From a virus, in IMG/VR virus record IMGVR_UViG_3300024261_002043, positions 46,589-110,588 of that record: 64,000 nucleotides of DNA. One strand, 5' to 3'. Both the position numbers and the translations under genes were made by a program. The notes beneath the pieces are model-generated. The model did no database searches. It saw nothing but the letters and a program-made list of their open reading frames with translations, and was not told the origin of the DNA. Positions 21,621-31,827 of this stretch are shown piece after piece. How positions within the stretch are numbered: the stretch's first letter is position 1; every line of letters begins with the position of its first letter.

Positions 21621-22958
21621 TTATTGAATAGCGACTTTATTTATTAGCCTAACATCAGCGACGTCTTTTTCTTCATTCCTGAATTGCTTCATAGCCTTAA
21701 CAACATCTAGATTCGCGAACTTAATACCCTTATAGTAAAAGTGGTTTTGTGGATTAAAGATTATGTCTTTTTTAGAGTGCTGGTAGTATTTCATTTCTTC
21801 ATTATGACATGATACGTCGTGCATTCCGGTATCTATAACATCACCATGATACAAGAAGTCTAAATCTCTACAGTCTCTTAACCCATAAGCAGATAGCACG
21901 GCGCTACTATCGACACAAAAATCTTCCGTGTCTTTACCGGTTGATATTAACCAACTCTTGAATTTGTCGAAGAAATAGTCAAAGTTACAATCAGCTCTTG
22001 GATTAGCTTTGTTAAGAAAATGAAGACCATTAGGATTTAGTAGATAGCCTGACATCGCTAAAGTTTCAGTATACGTATCGTTAATATGCACAGAGTGTTT
22101 TCCAATCTTGAAAATATCCCTAATTTTTTCCTTTAGCTTAACCGATGTGTCGAAGGATTTCTCTTCAAACCAGTAAAGCTTTACAGGCTCACCTTCTGGA
22201 AAGCAATGCCGAAATTTAGATTGCGCACCTGACCAACTGTTATCAAAATTACCTAACCAAGGATTTCCTCTGGACTCATCCTCATCGTATATGTAGCGTA
22301 TAAAATTAAACGCGCCCATGGGTGTCAATGAAATTTGCTTACTATAGATTACATTAGACTCGCTATTTATTAACTCATCCAGCTCTTTATCAAATCCTTT
22401 AGCAGAAGGAAATACAGATATTATACGCACGTTGTCTTTTAGTTTAGTGTACTGATGGGCAGCTAAATCTGCATACTCTATTGATAGGCCACCTTGTACA
22501 TAGTCGTTTCTATTTAACAGATATCTGTAGTCACAATGGCAGCCAACCAGAGGGTTCTGGTTAAAATCTAATACATCACAAAAGACTTTACTACCTGTTA
22601 ATAAAGAGGCGGCGACCCTGTGAGCACCGTTTAAGGGTGAATTTGTTAGGTGATCTACTGGTACAGGACTCTGGTTTTTATCATAACCACTTTCTTTTAT
22701 AGATCTTATGATGTCCTTAAAAGATTCGACGTATTCCCTAATTCCTTCTTTGCGCGGGTTTTGCTCTATTAAGTTGTTCCATACCTTCAAGTGATGTTCG
22801 TACGGTGATATAGCCCAATCATCGTATATACCTTTCTCCATTAGCGAAGCTAACATGTATTTAAACATGATATCAAATCTGTTTGGTGAAATTAAATCAA
22901 TAGCGTTTATCCACTTTTGCCCTTTTTCGTATGACATTGTTAATCCTTTATTTTGCAT
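21621..22958 (-). CDS. ParB/Srx-like N-terminal domain fused to a nucleotidyltransferase-like C-terminal domain
   Basis: PVPV...NGAHRVAA (ParB/Srx GxHR) and VDSSAVLSAYGLRDCRDLDF (pol-beta-type DxD). Confidence 0.5.
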   Translation of the reverse strand: MQNKGLTMSYEKGQKWINAIDLISPNRFDIMFKYMLASLMEKGIYDDWAISPYEHHLKVWNNLIEQNPRKEGIREYVESFKDIIRSIKESGYDKNQSPVPVDHLTNSPLNGAHRVAASLLTGSKVFCDVLDFNQNPLVGCHCDYRYLLNRNDYVQGGLSIEYADLAAHQYTKLKDNVRIISVFPSAKGFDKELDELINSESNVIYSKQISLTPMGAFNFIRYIYDEDESRGNPWLGNFDNSWSGAQSKFRHCFPEGEPVKLYWFEEKSFDTSVKLKEKIRDIFKIGKHSVHINDTYTETLAMSGYLLNPNGLHFLNKANPRADCNFDYFFDKFKSWLISTGKDTEDFCVDSSAVLSAYGLRDCRDLDFLYHGDVIDTGMHDVSCHNEEMKYYQHSKKDIIFNPQNHFYYKGIKFANLDVVKAMKQFRNEEKDVADVRLINKVAIQ

Positions 22959-23821
22959 GAATGAATTATTGACATGACGTTTTTAGACTTAAACAATTCT
23001 GTCATTGGATTATTCACACCTACGACCCTCCATCGAGGATCCCATATTGTATTCCACGTTAAAGGACCAGACTTGCCGAACCAACGTCCGGGGGCGATAA
23101 CTGATTTTTTGTTATTATTGTTTGCTAGATACGCGCCCCACCAGCTAAATGAGCTATTCGCTATTATGTGAAGATCACACTTAGACATAAGGCATAGATC
23201 ATGATATTGGTCTTTAGAATCATGAAACAAAAATTCTGTTGGTAAGTTATTCTTACACCAGTCATAGTCATCGGAAAAAACCAAGAATTTCACGCCGGGG
23301 TTTTCATGCGCTATCTGAGAAATAGCTGGATGATAATATTCTTCCCAAGTTAAATTGTGATGAAAGTCAGGCTTAAGTAGATAGTCTGATCGTCTAAAAT
23401 GTATTGCACATATTGGTGAATTATTATTCGACTTTATTTTTGTATACTGGCTTTCGCAGCGCGACTCCACCTGGTCACTAAACTTAAACTCTTCCAGAAT
23501 CAGATCTTTAACACCCTCAAAATATAGAGGTGATTGATAGAACCCGTTTAGTATAGCATTGTCTCTAACACAAAAGAAGTTTTTGTCAAAAGTAAATTCT
23601 AGGGCTTCATTTGGCTCATATAACCACTTCGCGTCACTTAGTATTTTTTCCTTAGGAACCCTATTGAGACTTAAGTCTTGAAACGCTTTATAAAGTTGAA
23701 CGTCTATATCTGGTATAACACCCGCTACATCATTAAATTTACTAATGGAATACAGCGCTGCGTATTGAAACATCTGGTTTCCTAATTGACCATTTTCGCC
23801 TAAAGAAAGATAAGAATACAC
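22940..23821 (-). CDS. Alpha-1,2-fucosyltransferase, GT11
   Basis: GQLGNQMFQYA, GFYQS, IHFRRSDY, FSDD, IIANSSFSWWGAYL. Confidence 0.93.
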   Translation of the reverse strand: MYSYLSLGENGQLGNQMFQYAALYSISKFNDVAGVIPDIDVQLYKAFQDLSLNRVPKEKILSDAKWLYEPNEALEFTFDKNFFCVRDNAILNGFYQSPLYFEGVKDLILEEFKFSDQVESRCESQYTKIKSNNNSPICAIHFRRSDYLLKPDFHHNLTWEEYYHPAISQIAHENPGVKFLVFSDDYDWCKNNLPTEFLFHDSKDQYHDLCLMSKCDLHIIANSSFSWWGAYLANNNNKKSVIAPGRWFGKSGPLTWNTIWDPRWRVVGVNNPMTELFKSKNVMSIIHSCKIKD

Positions 23822-23827
23822 TTGATA

Positions 23828-25009
23828 CTAAACCCTATATAGCTTAAAAAATTGTGGGTTTTCCTTGAAGTATTCGATCACAGATTTATAAGACTTTAAC
23901 ATAGCTGGATTTATATTTACTAACTCAGGGCTGACATTGACTACGGCATCAAGTCTAGAAGCAAAGTCTTCATGATTTGTAGACTCATCAAACGCTGCTT
24001 GCGCTTCTGCAAATATATGTTTTGGAAATCTATTTGGATCGCTATCAGTCCACTTGTCGAATAACTCCCATCTTAATTTATCGTGTAAGTAAAAACCTCT
24101 CATCCCTAATCCGTCCATTACACTGTCTGCGAAAACCATATGCTCGTAAGACATATTATTATTATGGGCTTCATTATGATATAAGTGATAAACATTACAA
24201 TTGGCTAACGATGAGCTCCAGGATAATAATGCACCGGTGTCTGATAGACTACACGCATTCTTTAAAAAAGAAAGATCCTCAGGGCTATAATCCCAAAAAA
24301 GTGCATAATCATAACCTTGCACCGCATAAAGCAAATTAGCGGATATTAAGATCACACCTCCTGGTGGATAGTTTCCTTGATACCACGAAGGCTGGATCTT
24401 ATGTTCTTCTAGAGCTATATCTTTTATACCTTTTTTTTGCTCAAATATGTCTTTTGTATTTTCTTCGTTTACATACAGTATTTTGCGACCTGGAATCGGT
24501 TGAGATATCCAACAATTAGATCCTGCCTGAAACTGCTCCGCTATAGACTGAATACACGTTTCTAGCCAAAAGTCATCAGTGACTAAATCTACGTCGTAGA
24601 ATATAAAAGATTCTGACGGTAGTATTCTTGCAGCTTGATTCATCGCTATAGACTTACTAAATAGCTGGCATGCTGTGTGAATATAGCTTACACCCATTTC
24701 CTCACAAATCTTTTTATGCTCAGGTTTAGTGTTCATTTCCGAAACTACAATTTGCACGTTCTTTGTTTTTGACTTAAGGTTATTAACTTGCTTCACTAAG
24801 CAGCTTAAGCTTTGTATTAGATGGCTTTTACGACCATTGACTGGTATGACAATAGTTACTAGAGGTATTCTATTACTACTATAATCATAGGAGACTAAGT
24901 AGCTCGATATTGAGTTGTATATACCCCGCATTTTTCCTGTCTGCTGCTGAGACATATTAATAAAATGCTGATCTAATTTTTCAAATCTGCCATCCATCTT
25001 AAGAATCAA
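23828..25009 (-). CDS. GT-A fold glycosyltransferase (GT2/GT7-like)
   Basis: VTIVIPVNGR, FSKSIAMN, FYDVD (DxD), GYDYALFWDYSPED, VYHLYH. Confidence 0.75.
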   Translation of the reverse strand: MILKMDGRFEKLDQHFINMSQQQTGKMRGIYNSISSYLVSYDYSSNRIPLVTIVIPVNGRKSHLIQSLSCLVKQVNNLKSKTKNVQIVVSEMNTKPEHKKICEEMGVSYIHTACQLFSKSIAMNQAARILPSESFIFYDVDLVTDDFWLETCIQSIAEQFQAGSNCWISQPIPGRKILYVNEENTKDIFEQKKGIKDIALEEHKIQPSWYQGNYPPGGVILISANLLYAVQGYDYALFWDYSPEDLSFLKNACSLSDTGALLSWSSSLANCNVYHLYHNEAHNNNMSYEHMVFADSVMDGLGMRGFYLHDKLRWELFDKWTDSDPNRFPKHIFAEAQAAFDESTNHEDFASRLDAVVNVSPELVNINPAMLKSYKSVIEYFKENPQFFKLYRV

Positions 25010-25754
25010 ACCTCTTGTATACTTCTCTAGACTTTACTACTTCAACTGCTGATAATTGTTTATCTTCCCTGATCTTACAATCAGATATAGGATTATAGCG
25101 GTTATAGCAATACAGCCTATTTGGTATGAAAGCATGACGCTCTTGACTCATTTCTAACATCGGCATCATAAATGCAACGTCCCATCCTGCCTCAAAATAA
25201 TTGCCGGCGTTATCTCGCAGATCTTCGTCATTGATGTTATACCATATCTTGCTCTTAAATGTTCTTAGATGAGAGGCGATAAATGGAGCATACCTAAATT
25301 TACTATTCATCACAGTTTCAGAATCGTACTGTCGACAATTACTATCGGTACCGTCTGGGTGACCAATCCAGTTACCGTATGTAAGAAGTATATGAGGATG
25401 CCTAGTATATACGTTATCAACAATTTGTAGCGCATATTCTGAATAAAGAAAATCATCTCCATCTATAACCATCATTATGGAGTCTGGCTCATCATTACAA
25501 GATAGATGGTTGAATCCATCTACAATATTTTTTAGCGCTTTTACATTATTTGTATTATGGACAACGCTAAATCTTTTGTCATTCTTTACAAAATCTAATG
25601 AATCAATAATTTCACCAGTCTTGTCTGTAGAGGCGTCGTTAACAATAACACACTCCCAATCCTTAAACACTTGACAGCTAATACTTCTTAAGCATCTCTC
25701 AATCCAAAATTCAGTGTTGAATGTTGGAACAACAATTTTCATTTTATTAGCCAC
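24999..25754 (-). CDS. Glycosyltransferase family 2
   Basis: IVVPTFN, VNDASTD, IDGDD. Confidence 0.9.
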   Translation of the reverse strand: MANKMKIVVPTFNTEFWIERCLRSISCQVFKDWECVIVNDASTDKTGEIIDSLDFVKNDKRFSVVHNTNNVKALKNIVDGFNHLSCNDEPDSIMMVIDGDDFLYSEYALQIVDNVYTRHPHILLTYGNWIGHPDGTDSNCRQYDSETVMNSKFRYAPFIASHLRTFKSKIWYNINDEDLRDNAGNYFEAGWDVAFMMPMLEMSQERHAFIPNRLYCYNRYNPISDCKIREDKQLSAVEVVKSREVYKRFDS

Positions 25755-26538
25755 TGTGTTTATAACCTTTTTCCTTAGTCTGCCATTCCCATATTAATTT
25801 TTCCCTGTCACCTGTAACGATACCTGATGCTTTAAACATATTATAGTACCAGTCTGCAAGTAATACAGGCACCCTAGCGTCATAATCATCACTCTTCTTT
25901 TGAGTGTAATCAACCAAGACTTCTGACAGATTCGCGAATGTAAAATGTGGAAAAGCCCTAAACCATAAATGTAGATCTTCTGCTAAAGGAAATAAGCGCT
26001 CATACCCACCTAAGACGTTGATCAGTGATCTTGAAAAAACGACAGAAGGATGGCAGATTTGATTTTGACCATACAAAAAGCCTTTCTTAATACCAGCATC
26101 TTCTAGCTGGTATTTTACTGCTTTTCCGAATGTCCCTAATTCTTGAATATTCGAATCTTCGTCTAATAATCTTATTTGAGTACCCACTATATCGACATTC
26201 GGATTCTCTTTAAGAAAAGACATTTGTTTTTGTAGCTTCTCAGAATACCAAAAATCATCTCCATCTTGTCTAGCAATCCAATCACCAGTACAGCGGCGTA
26301 AACCAGTATTTAAGGCAGGTACGATGCCAGGATCTTTACACTCGACTATTTTTAGCTCAAAGCAATTAGAGAATTTTTTTGCTATGTCTATTGTTCTATC
26401 TGTGCAATTATTATCTACAAGTATCACTTCAAAGTCTTTATACGTCTGGTCTGCTACTGATTGTAACGCTCTCTCAATCGTGGATTCGCAATTATAGGCG
26501 GGTATAATAACTGATACTTCTTTCATACTAGCTTTCAT
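25747..26538 (-). CDS. Glycosyltransferase family 2
   Basis: VSVIIPAYN, VDNNCTD, ALNTGL, ARQDGDD, AEDLHLW. Confidence 0.92.
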   Translation of the reverse strand: MKASMKEVSVIIPAYNCESTIERALQSVADQTYKDFEVILVDNNCTDRTIDIAKKFSNCFELKIVECKDPGIVPALNTGLRRCTGDWIARQDGDDFWYSEKLQKQMSFLKENPNVDIVGTQIRLLDEDSNIQELGTFGKAVKYQLEDAGIKKGFLYGQNQICHPSVVFSRSLINVLGGYERLFPLAEDLHLWFRAFPHFTFANLSEVLVDYTQKKSDDYDARVPVLLADWYYNMFKASGIVTGDREKLIWEWQTKEKGYKHSG

Positions 26539-28462
26539 CCTGCAATTTAATAAACTCTTCTGGGTGTGATCTTTCTATCGACATATGAGGTGTAGGCTTT
26601 GTAAAGTCTATTTTTTCATGAAAAATCCAGCCGCCCATTTCGCTGGCCAGCTTTTCTGACAATTCATCTATATCATTGTCAGTTACATCGCTCCATGCTT
26701 TGTCAAACATCACATTGTTCTCCGCAGTATCCTCAGAGTCGTGCCTGTACTGACTCTTCCAAAATGATGCCCAATGCATCTTATATTGCTTTATTTTTTT
26801 AGAGATATCGTACCAAGAATAATGATGTACACCTGGTATTGATGATATTACATGCTCAAACCAGTTTTCATACATAGTTAAAGCTTCACGATTACCAGCT
26901 AATGCAGCTACTCTTACATTATGGACTTCTTCATTATAGAACCCAACGTGCGGTAACCTTTCCCCAGTTTCAGCATGAATATAATCACACGTGTCTGTAC
27001 CAGGGGCAGCATAAATATTACCTGCGTCATCGAATCTCCTAAGCTCTATAGGGATACCTTGTGTGATGTGAGGCTTATTTCTACTTAGTCTCCACTTCCA
27101 TGGATTAACGTCAACCCTAACTTTCTCTTTCGATCCCCAATATTCTATTACTGGAAGCGATAAGATGTCTGTTACAACAGGAAATGACCTCATCATATGG
27201 ATAACTTTTTCGTAGTCTTCTTCGTGAACAATTTCATCAGCATCCATTTGCCAGCAAAATTCATTAGTGCATAAACTTCTAGCAGTAGCTTTAAGCTTAC
27301 CGTCTGTTTCATACGCAAATGAAGGATGATCATCAGATACTTCAACCTGTTTAATTACAAGGCGAGACTCGCTTCTTGACCATTCCGATAGTTGACTCCA
27401 GGTATCATCAGTTGACCCACCGTCTACAACAACAACTTCATCGCAAAATTGAAGCATCGATCTGACTGTTGCTTTCCAAGGATACTTCATCTTATTAGCA
27501 TTTCTCAAAGTAGTATATCCACTTAAGGTAGGCTTATGTCCATGGATAGACTTAATCGCTCTCCAAAATCTTTCACGAGCAGCGTATAGATAAGAAACCA
27601 TATCTATATGACTTCCTGTAAACCATTCTTCATTTGCATGCTGTACATGCTCATTCAATATTAGCTCACAACCTAACGCCTTTGCTTCGATTACCATTCT
27701 TGGGCATGTGTCTCCTCCACGTGGCAAGTAAACTAAACCTTTTGACTTTGAAAGTTTTTCTAACAACTCGTTATATGGTACATTCCACACGACCTCATAT
27801 TCTAAATTGTTGGTCTTACAATGTAGCTCTGCATCTTCAAAACCTTTAATCCAAGATTTTGACCCTAATACTATCCATTTAGTTCGTTCGTCTTTAGACA
27901 CTGGGTTTTGCTGGTTTTCATTTACCATAGCAAAAAATGAATTATCAAATACGCTGCTTAATACGACTGAATCATTTTTTAGTAAGAATGGAAATCTGTC
28001 GGTATATCTTTTTTCTTGGTCTTCACTCATAAACCATAAGCTTTTAGATCCATGAAAAAAAGCTGACATCATCTTTCCGTGAATTTGATCATGGCAGTCA
28101 CAAGGTACACCAGCTTCTGCTTTATGCTTTTCAATACTTCTGTACTGACAAAATTTATAGTCGTATTCCACAACTGAATAGCTTAAATTTCCGATGATTG
28201 TTGGAAACAGATTAGGGTTCATAGCAGTTGCGTTTGTAAAGACCCAGTGTTTATCAGCAGCTGACTTAAGCATAGCTAACGACACGTCTTTGGAGTGTAC
28301 TTTTTGTACAGTTATATCAACTGCGGACTGAAATAATGCCTCGGTAGTTAACTCAGCACCGCCAACGTAATCTTCTACAAAATAGTCTGCTACAAAAATT
28401 ACGTCAGCTTCTATATCAACTGTTTTTGCAGTTACTGTATTCTCAAATGGACTCTTAAGCAT
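26528..28462 (-). CDS. Two-domain glycosyltransferase (GT-B-like N-terminus plus GT2 C-terminus)
   Basis: GGAELT and DTCPRMVIEAKALGC (GT4-like) followed by VVVDGGSTD and QMDADE (GT2). Confidence 0.8.
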   Translation of the reverse strand: MLKSPFENTVTAKTVDIEADVIFVADYFVEDYVGGAELTTEALFQSAVDITVQKVHSKDVSLAMLKSAADKHWVFTNATAMNPNLFPTIIGNLSYSVVEYDYKFCQYRSIEKHKAEAGVPCDCHDQIHGKMMSAFFHGSKSLWFMSEDQEKRYTDRFPFLLKNDSVVLSSVFDNSFFAMVNENQQNPVSKDERTKWIVLGSKSWIKGFEDAELHCKTNNLEYEVVWNVPYNELLEKLSKSKGLVYLPRGGDTCPRMVIEAKALGCELILNEHVQHANEEWFTGSHIDMVSYLYAARERFWRAIKSIHGHKPTLSGYTTLRNANKMKYPWKATVRSMLQFCDEVVVVDGGSTDDTWSQLSEWSRSESRLVIKQVEVSDDHPSFAYETDGKLKATARSLCTNEFCWQMDADEIVHEEDYEKVIHMMRSFPVVTDILSLPVIEYWGSKEKVRVDVNPWKWRLSRNKPHITQGIPIELRRFDDAGNIYAAPGTDTCDYIHAETGERLPHVGFYNEEVHNVRVAALAGNREALTMYENWFEHVISSIPGVHHYSWYDISKKIKQYKMHWASFWKSQYRHDSEDTAENNVMFDKAWSDVTDNDIDELSEKLASEMGGWIFHEKIDFTKPTPHMSIERSHPEEFIKLQDES

Positions 28463-28570
28463 CTTTTACCTCACCTGGAGTATAGTAAGATGTACGCTGA
28501 GAATGTATACGGCTAGTTTTTTTACTTATTTTCGTGTACAAGCAGAATCATGACAGCTATTATATACTGT

Positions 28571-28650
28571 AACTGAATAACTGAATAACTGAATAACTGA
28601 ATAACTGAATAACTGAATAACTGATAAACTGTTTAACTAATAACTACTAA
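28571..28650. repeat. Tandem 8-bp repeat (AACTGAAT)x6 plus degenerate copies in an AT-rich intergenic region
   Basis: Six perfect copies at 28571-28618, then aactgata, aactgttt, aactaat, aactact. A duplicated tagaatatatagaa follows near 28688-28715. Confidence 0.95.
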
Positions 28651-28758
28651 TCTAGATCTTAATACTAATTTAAATACTACTGTATATTAGAATATATAGA
28701 ATAGAATATATAGAACACTAAAACTAATCAGCAAAGACATAGCTTGAGATCTATAATG

Positions 28759-31700
28759 CTATTCAGCTTCTAGAATCTCTATTCTTTGCTTTATTTCTTT
28801 AAGAGCGTTAATTATGTATACACTAAGGGCATGATATGAAACACCTCGAAGCTTATCTGCTGGTAGGTCCCTACCAGTTACTAATTCAGGTATGACTGAC
28901 TCAACTTCATCTGCTATTAGCCCAGGACTAAAGTGTGTACGATCATCAGGCTGATTAATATCTCTATACAGTCTAGGTATTAATTGGCAGATCTCGTCTA
29001 GTGAATTATTAAGGTCTTGAATGTCTTTCTTTCCTCGTCGATCAGACGTCCATCTTCTAATTTCACCATTGACATTTCCAACGGCAAGGTAATCATAAGC
29101 CCCGGCATCTGAAGTAGTTCTATCTCGCATCCAGTCAGATCTTACCGTTGAAGTTGAGCCAGAAAGAACCATCGCAACATCCGGGCTTACACCAGTTGAG
29201 GTTGAGGATTTAACAGCAAAGTTAAGTTGCCCCTGAGCGTAGTTACCGCGGTCTACATAGATTAAACCAGCCCCAGTATTTCCGGCTGATGTACCAAATC
29301 CGATTCCTGCAGCTGAATGACTATCAAACGAGGTGTTTTGAAAGAACATATCAAAATATTCCGGCTTACCCCATGCACTTGCTCCCACCGTCTCACTAGG
29401 TAATGTTGCTATCTGATCGTTTAGATAAAATGAAGTATTACCACCGGCGGCGCCGGCATCAACAAACTTAAAAGCCACAGATCCAGTCATGCCTAAAGAG
29501 CCAATTTCTAAACGATCTACTGACACCGAGGTACCGGGTGTAGTTGTTCTTAATAATAAATTAGCACCGCTCTTTTTGACGCCCCCAGTTGTATCCCACG
29601 TTTCTGCGGTGATGGCTTTGATTTGGGCGCCTGTATATACATCCCCTCCGGCAGCGTTAGTGGTTCCTCTAAAGTCCAGATTTGAAAGCTCGTCGCCACT
29701 GGACAAGTTACCGTCAGTAGGATTTCGTAAGAGCACTAATCTTGCTGGCGACGCCGCGACTGTACTAGTATGCGCAATTTGTGCATTTGGGCTTAAACTG
29801 TTCTTTACACTAAGTTTGTTATCTATATTTCCAGCACCGTCAAAGCTAAGAACAGTATTACCACCAGAGTCCTTTATATCGTCCCCGTTAATTCGTATAT
29901 CGTTAGTGACCGTTAGCTCGTTTCCAACAGTTAGATTACCAACAGCTTCTATAGTTGAATCAGTCGGTGTTGCATTAGGGACAATAATAAGGTGGTCAAC
30001 AGGTGTACCTTTAGAATTGATATCATTCCCGATAGTAAAATTTTGGTCTGGATGCCGCGACGTTAATATCCAACTATCACCAGCATCATCACTTTTATCT
30101 GCAGATAATGTTAATGTTGCATTTGCATCGTTGGTAGGTTGAACAACAATTAATGATCCTGAAACTGCCAGTTGCCCGGCTATATCAACATTCTTTGTTT
30201 GGTTTGGTATAGACAGCACTTCTTCATTTAGCGTATTCCTAAGAGTGACATCGTTAGTTGTTCCGTCACCAGTTATAATGCAGCCGTCCACAGCGCTGTA
30301 GCCTATAGCAGCTACGTCAGAAGCGCTAGTATCTCCTCCTACTTGTACTTTACCTGTGAAAGAAGAATATAAAGCAGAGATCACTACAGCTATAGACTTG
30401 CTCGCAGCGCCGGTAGGGGTTACACCAAGTCGAATATTTGTCCCCTCTGCACTGCCGTGTGTCCAGGTTTCTGCCGCGTACGCTTCGACATGTGCTGTAT
30501 TTGAATATACTACGCCGCTATCTTTACCACCAAAGGAATATCGACCTATACCATCTCCGGATGCTACATTGACCTTGGAATGAAACACTCCAATTTCCAT
30601 AGGGTCGGTCTCTGATGCTTCATTTCTTAAGTAGAACTGGTTTATATCTGTCCCGGTGATGCTGTGATGAGTTGTATTATAAGATAGATCAGTACCATCA
30701 GAAAAGCTTATCTTATTACCGCTGATTGATAGCTCGTTTCCAACAGTTACGTCACCAGCAAAAACTGCGCCAGGCTCAACCGATGATCCGTCATCACTAA
30801 GAGTTAATGCCGAACGAAATGCATTTACACTAGCTCCAGATGCAGCACCTCTTCTGGCAACTTGAAAAGTTAGTGAGCCACCAACTCCATCGCCTGTACT
30901 TTGTCCTGCGCCTACCGTTAAGCTTTTTCCTGCTTGATCAGTCCCTGCAATTGCGTCAATAGTTATTGAAGAGTTGGTTGTGTTGGTTAACTCTACGTTT
31001 CCTTTTAAGCGCGTCGACCCAGTAACATGAAGTCCTGATCTTGCTGCTACAACCTGCTCGAATCTTGTTTGGACAAAAGCGCTTTCCCCACCCCCTCCGC
31101 CTGGAAACAGAGTAACATGTTTATTACCAGAACTTACATCATTATCGTATAAGCCTCCAGCAACGAAAAAATGTCCAGCAGTACCAACCTGTCCGCCGCC
31201 TGTGCTATTCATTAACAAAGAATACGGAGAGACAGCAGCTGCTGTGAACTGAATATTTTCACCTGCAGAAACCTCTAAAGCCTCTTCTGCTGTTATAAGC
31301 AAATCTCCGTCAGTACCACCGACACCCGATTCTCTTTGTATAAATGATGAAGCGTTGCCAAAGTATAGGGTCGAGGTTCCGGTTGGAGACGCAACATTCT
31401 CACCAATCATAACGGCTTTACTAGCACCTTGTACATGCAGATCAACCGCAGGAGATGAAAGCTCTGCATCTCCGCCGATACCGACTGCACCATTCTTCAT
31501 ATGCATAGTGTTAAAGTAATCCACACCAGCAGCTTTAGTTCCAAACCGTACTCTCCTATCTGAAGCACCACCTTCCCAAATAATCGATGCCATATTAGAG
31601 TCATCTGTACCAAGGTTAACGTAAGCGTTTGTATTGACAACGCTAAACCTTGTGTTCGTAGCATCGTCTGTCAAAGATAAGTCACCACCAATAGCAAACG

Positions 31701-31827
31701 TAGTGTTAGGTGCGCTTGACATACCGATACCAATCTTAGGTCCTACTGCGTCACGCGATGCGGTGACGAATAAATGGTCACCTGTGCTAGACCTTAATTC
31801 CAAAGATCCTGTTGTGTAAATCGACAT
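28759..31827 (-). CDS. Tail fibre with C-terminal intramolecular chaperone (peptidase S74) domain
   Basis: Gly/Ser/Thr-rich fibre body; TSDRRGKKDIQDL...GLIADEVESVIPELV...INALKEIKQRIEILE is the S74 autocleavage and coiled-coil signature. Confidence 0.88.
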   Translation of the reverse strand: MSIYTTGSLELRSSTGDHLFVTASRDAVGPKIGIGMSSAPNTTFAIGGDLSLTDDATNTRFSVVNTNAYVNLGTDDSNMASIIWEGGASDRRVRFGTKAAGVDYFNTMHMKNGAVGIGGDAELSSPAVDLHVQGASKAVMIGENVASPTGTSTLYFGNASSFIQRESGVGGTDGDLLITAEEALEVSAGENIQFTAAAVSPYSLLMNSTGGGQVGTAGHFFVAGGLYDNDVSSGNKHVTLFPGGGGGESAFVQTRFEQVVAARSGLHVTGSTRLKGNVELTNTTNSSITIDAIAGTDQAGKSLTVGAGQSTGDGVGGSLTFQVARRGAASGASVNAFRSALTLSDDGSSVEPGAVFAGDVTVGNELSISGNKISFSDGTDLSYNTTHHSITGTDINQFYLRNEASETDPMEIGVFHSKVNVASGDGIGRYSFGGKDSGVVYSNTAHVEAYAAETWTHGSAEGTNIRLGVTPTGAASKSIAVVISALYSSFTGKVQVGGDTSASDVAAIGYSAVDGCIITGDGTTNDVTLRNTLNEEVLSIPNQTKNVDIAGQLAVSGSLIVVQPTNDANATLTLSADKSDDAGDSWILTSRHPDQNFTIGNDINSKGTPVDHLIIVPNATPTDSTIEAVGNLTVGNELTVTNDIRINGDDIKDSGGNTVLSFDGAGNIDNKLSVKNSLSPNAQIAHTSTVAASPARLVLLRNPTDGNLSSGDELSNLDFRGTTNAAGGDVYTGAQIKAITAETWDTTGGVKKSGANLLLRTTTPGTSVSVDRLEIGSLGMTGSVAFKFVDAGAAGGNTSFYLNDQIATLPSETVGASAWGKPEYFDMFFQNTSFDSHSAAGIGFGTSAGNTGAGLIYVDRGNYAQGQLNFAVKSSTSTGVSPDVAMVLSGSTSTVRSDWMRDRTTSDAGAYDYLAVGNVNGEIRRWTSDRRGKKDIQDLNNSLDEICQLIPRLYRDINQPDDRTHFSPGLIADEVESVIPELVTGRDLPADKLRGVSYHALSVYIINALKEIKQRIEILEAE

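Noticed and set aside
11149-28462. Ordinary bacterial O-antigen or capsule locus
   Set aside because: No wzx/wzy/wzm/wzt or priming transferase is recognisable, and the locus is interleaved with phage genes (Cas4-like nuclease, sigma, fibres).
28571-28650. Tandem repeat as a CRISPR array
   Set aside because: The 8-bp units are contiguous with no unique spacers.
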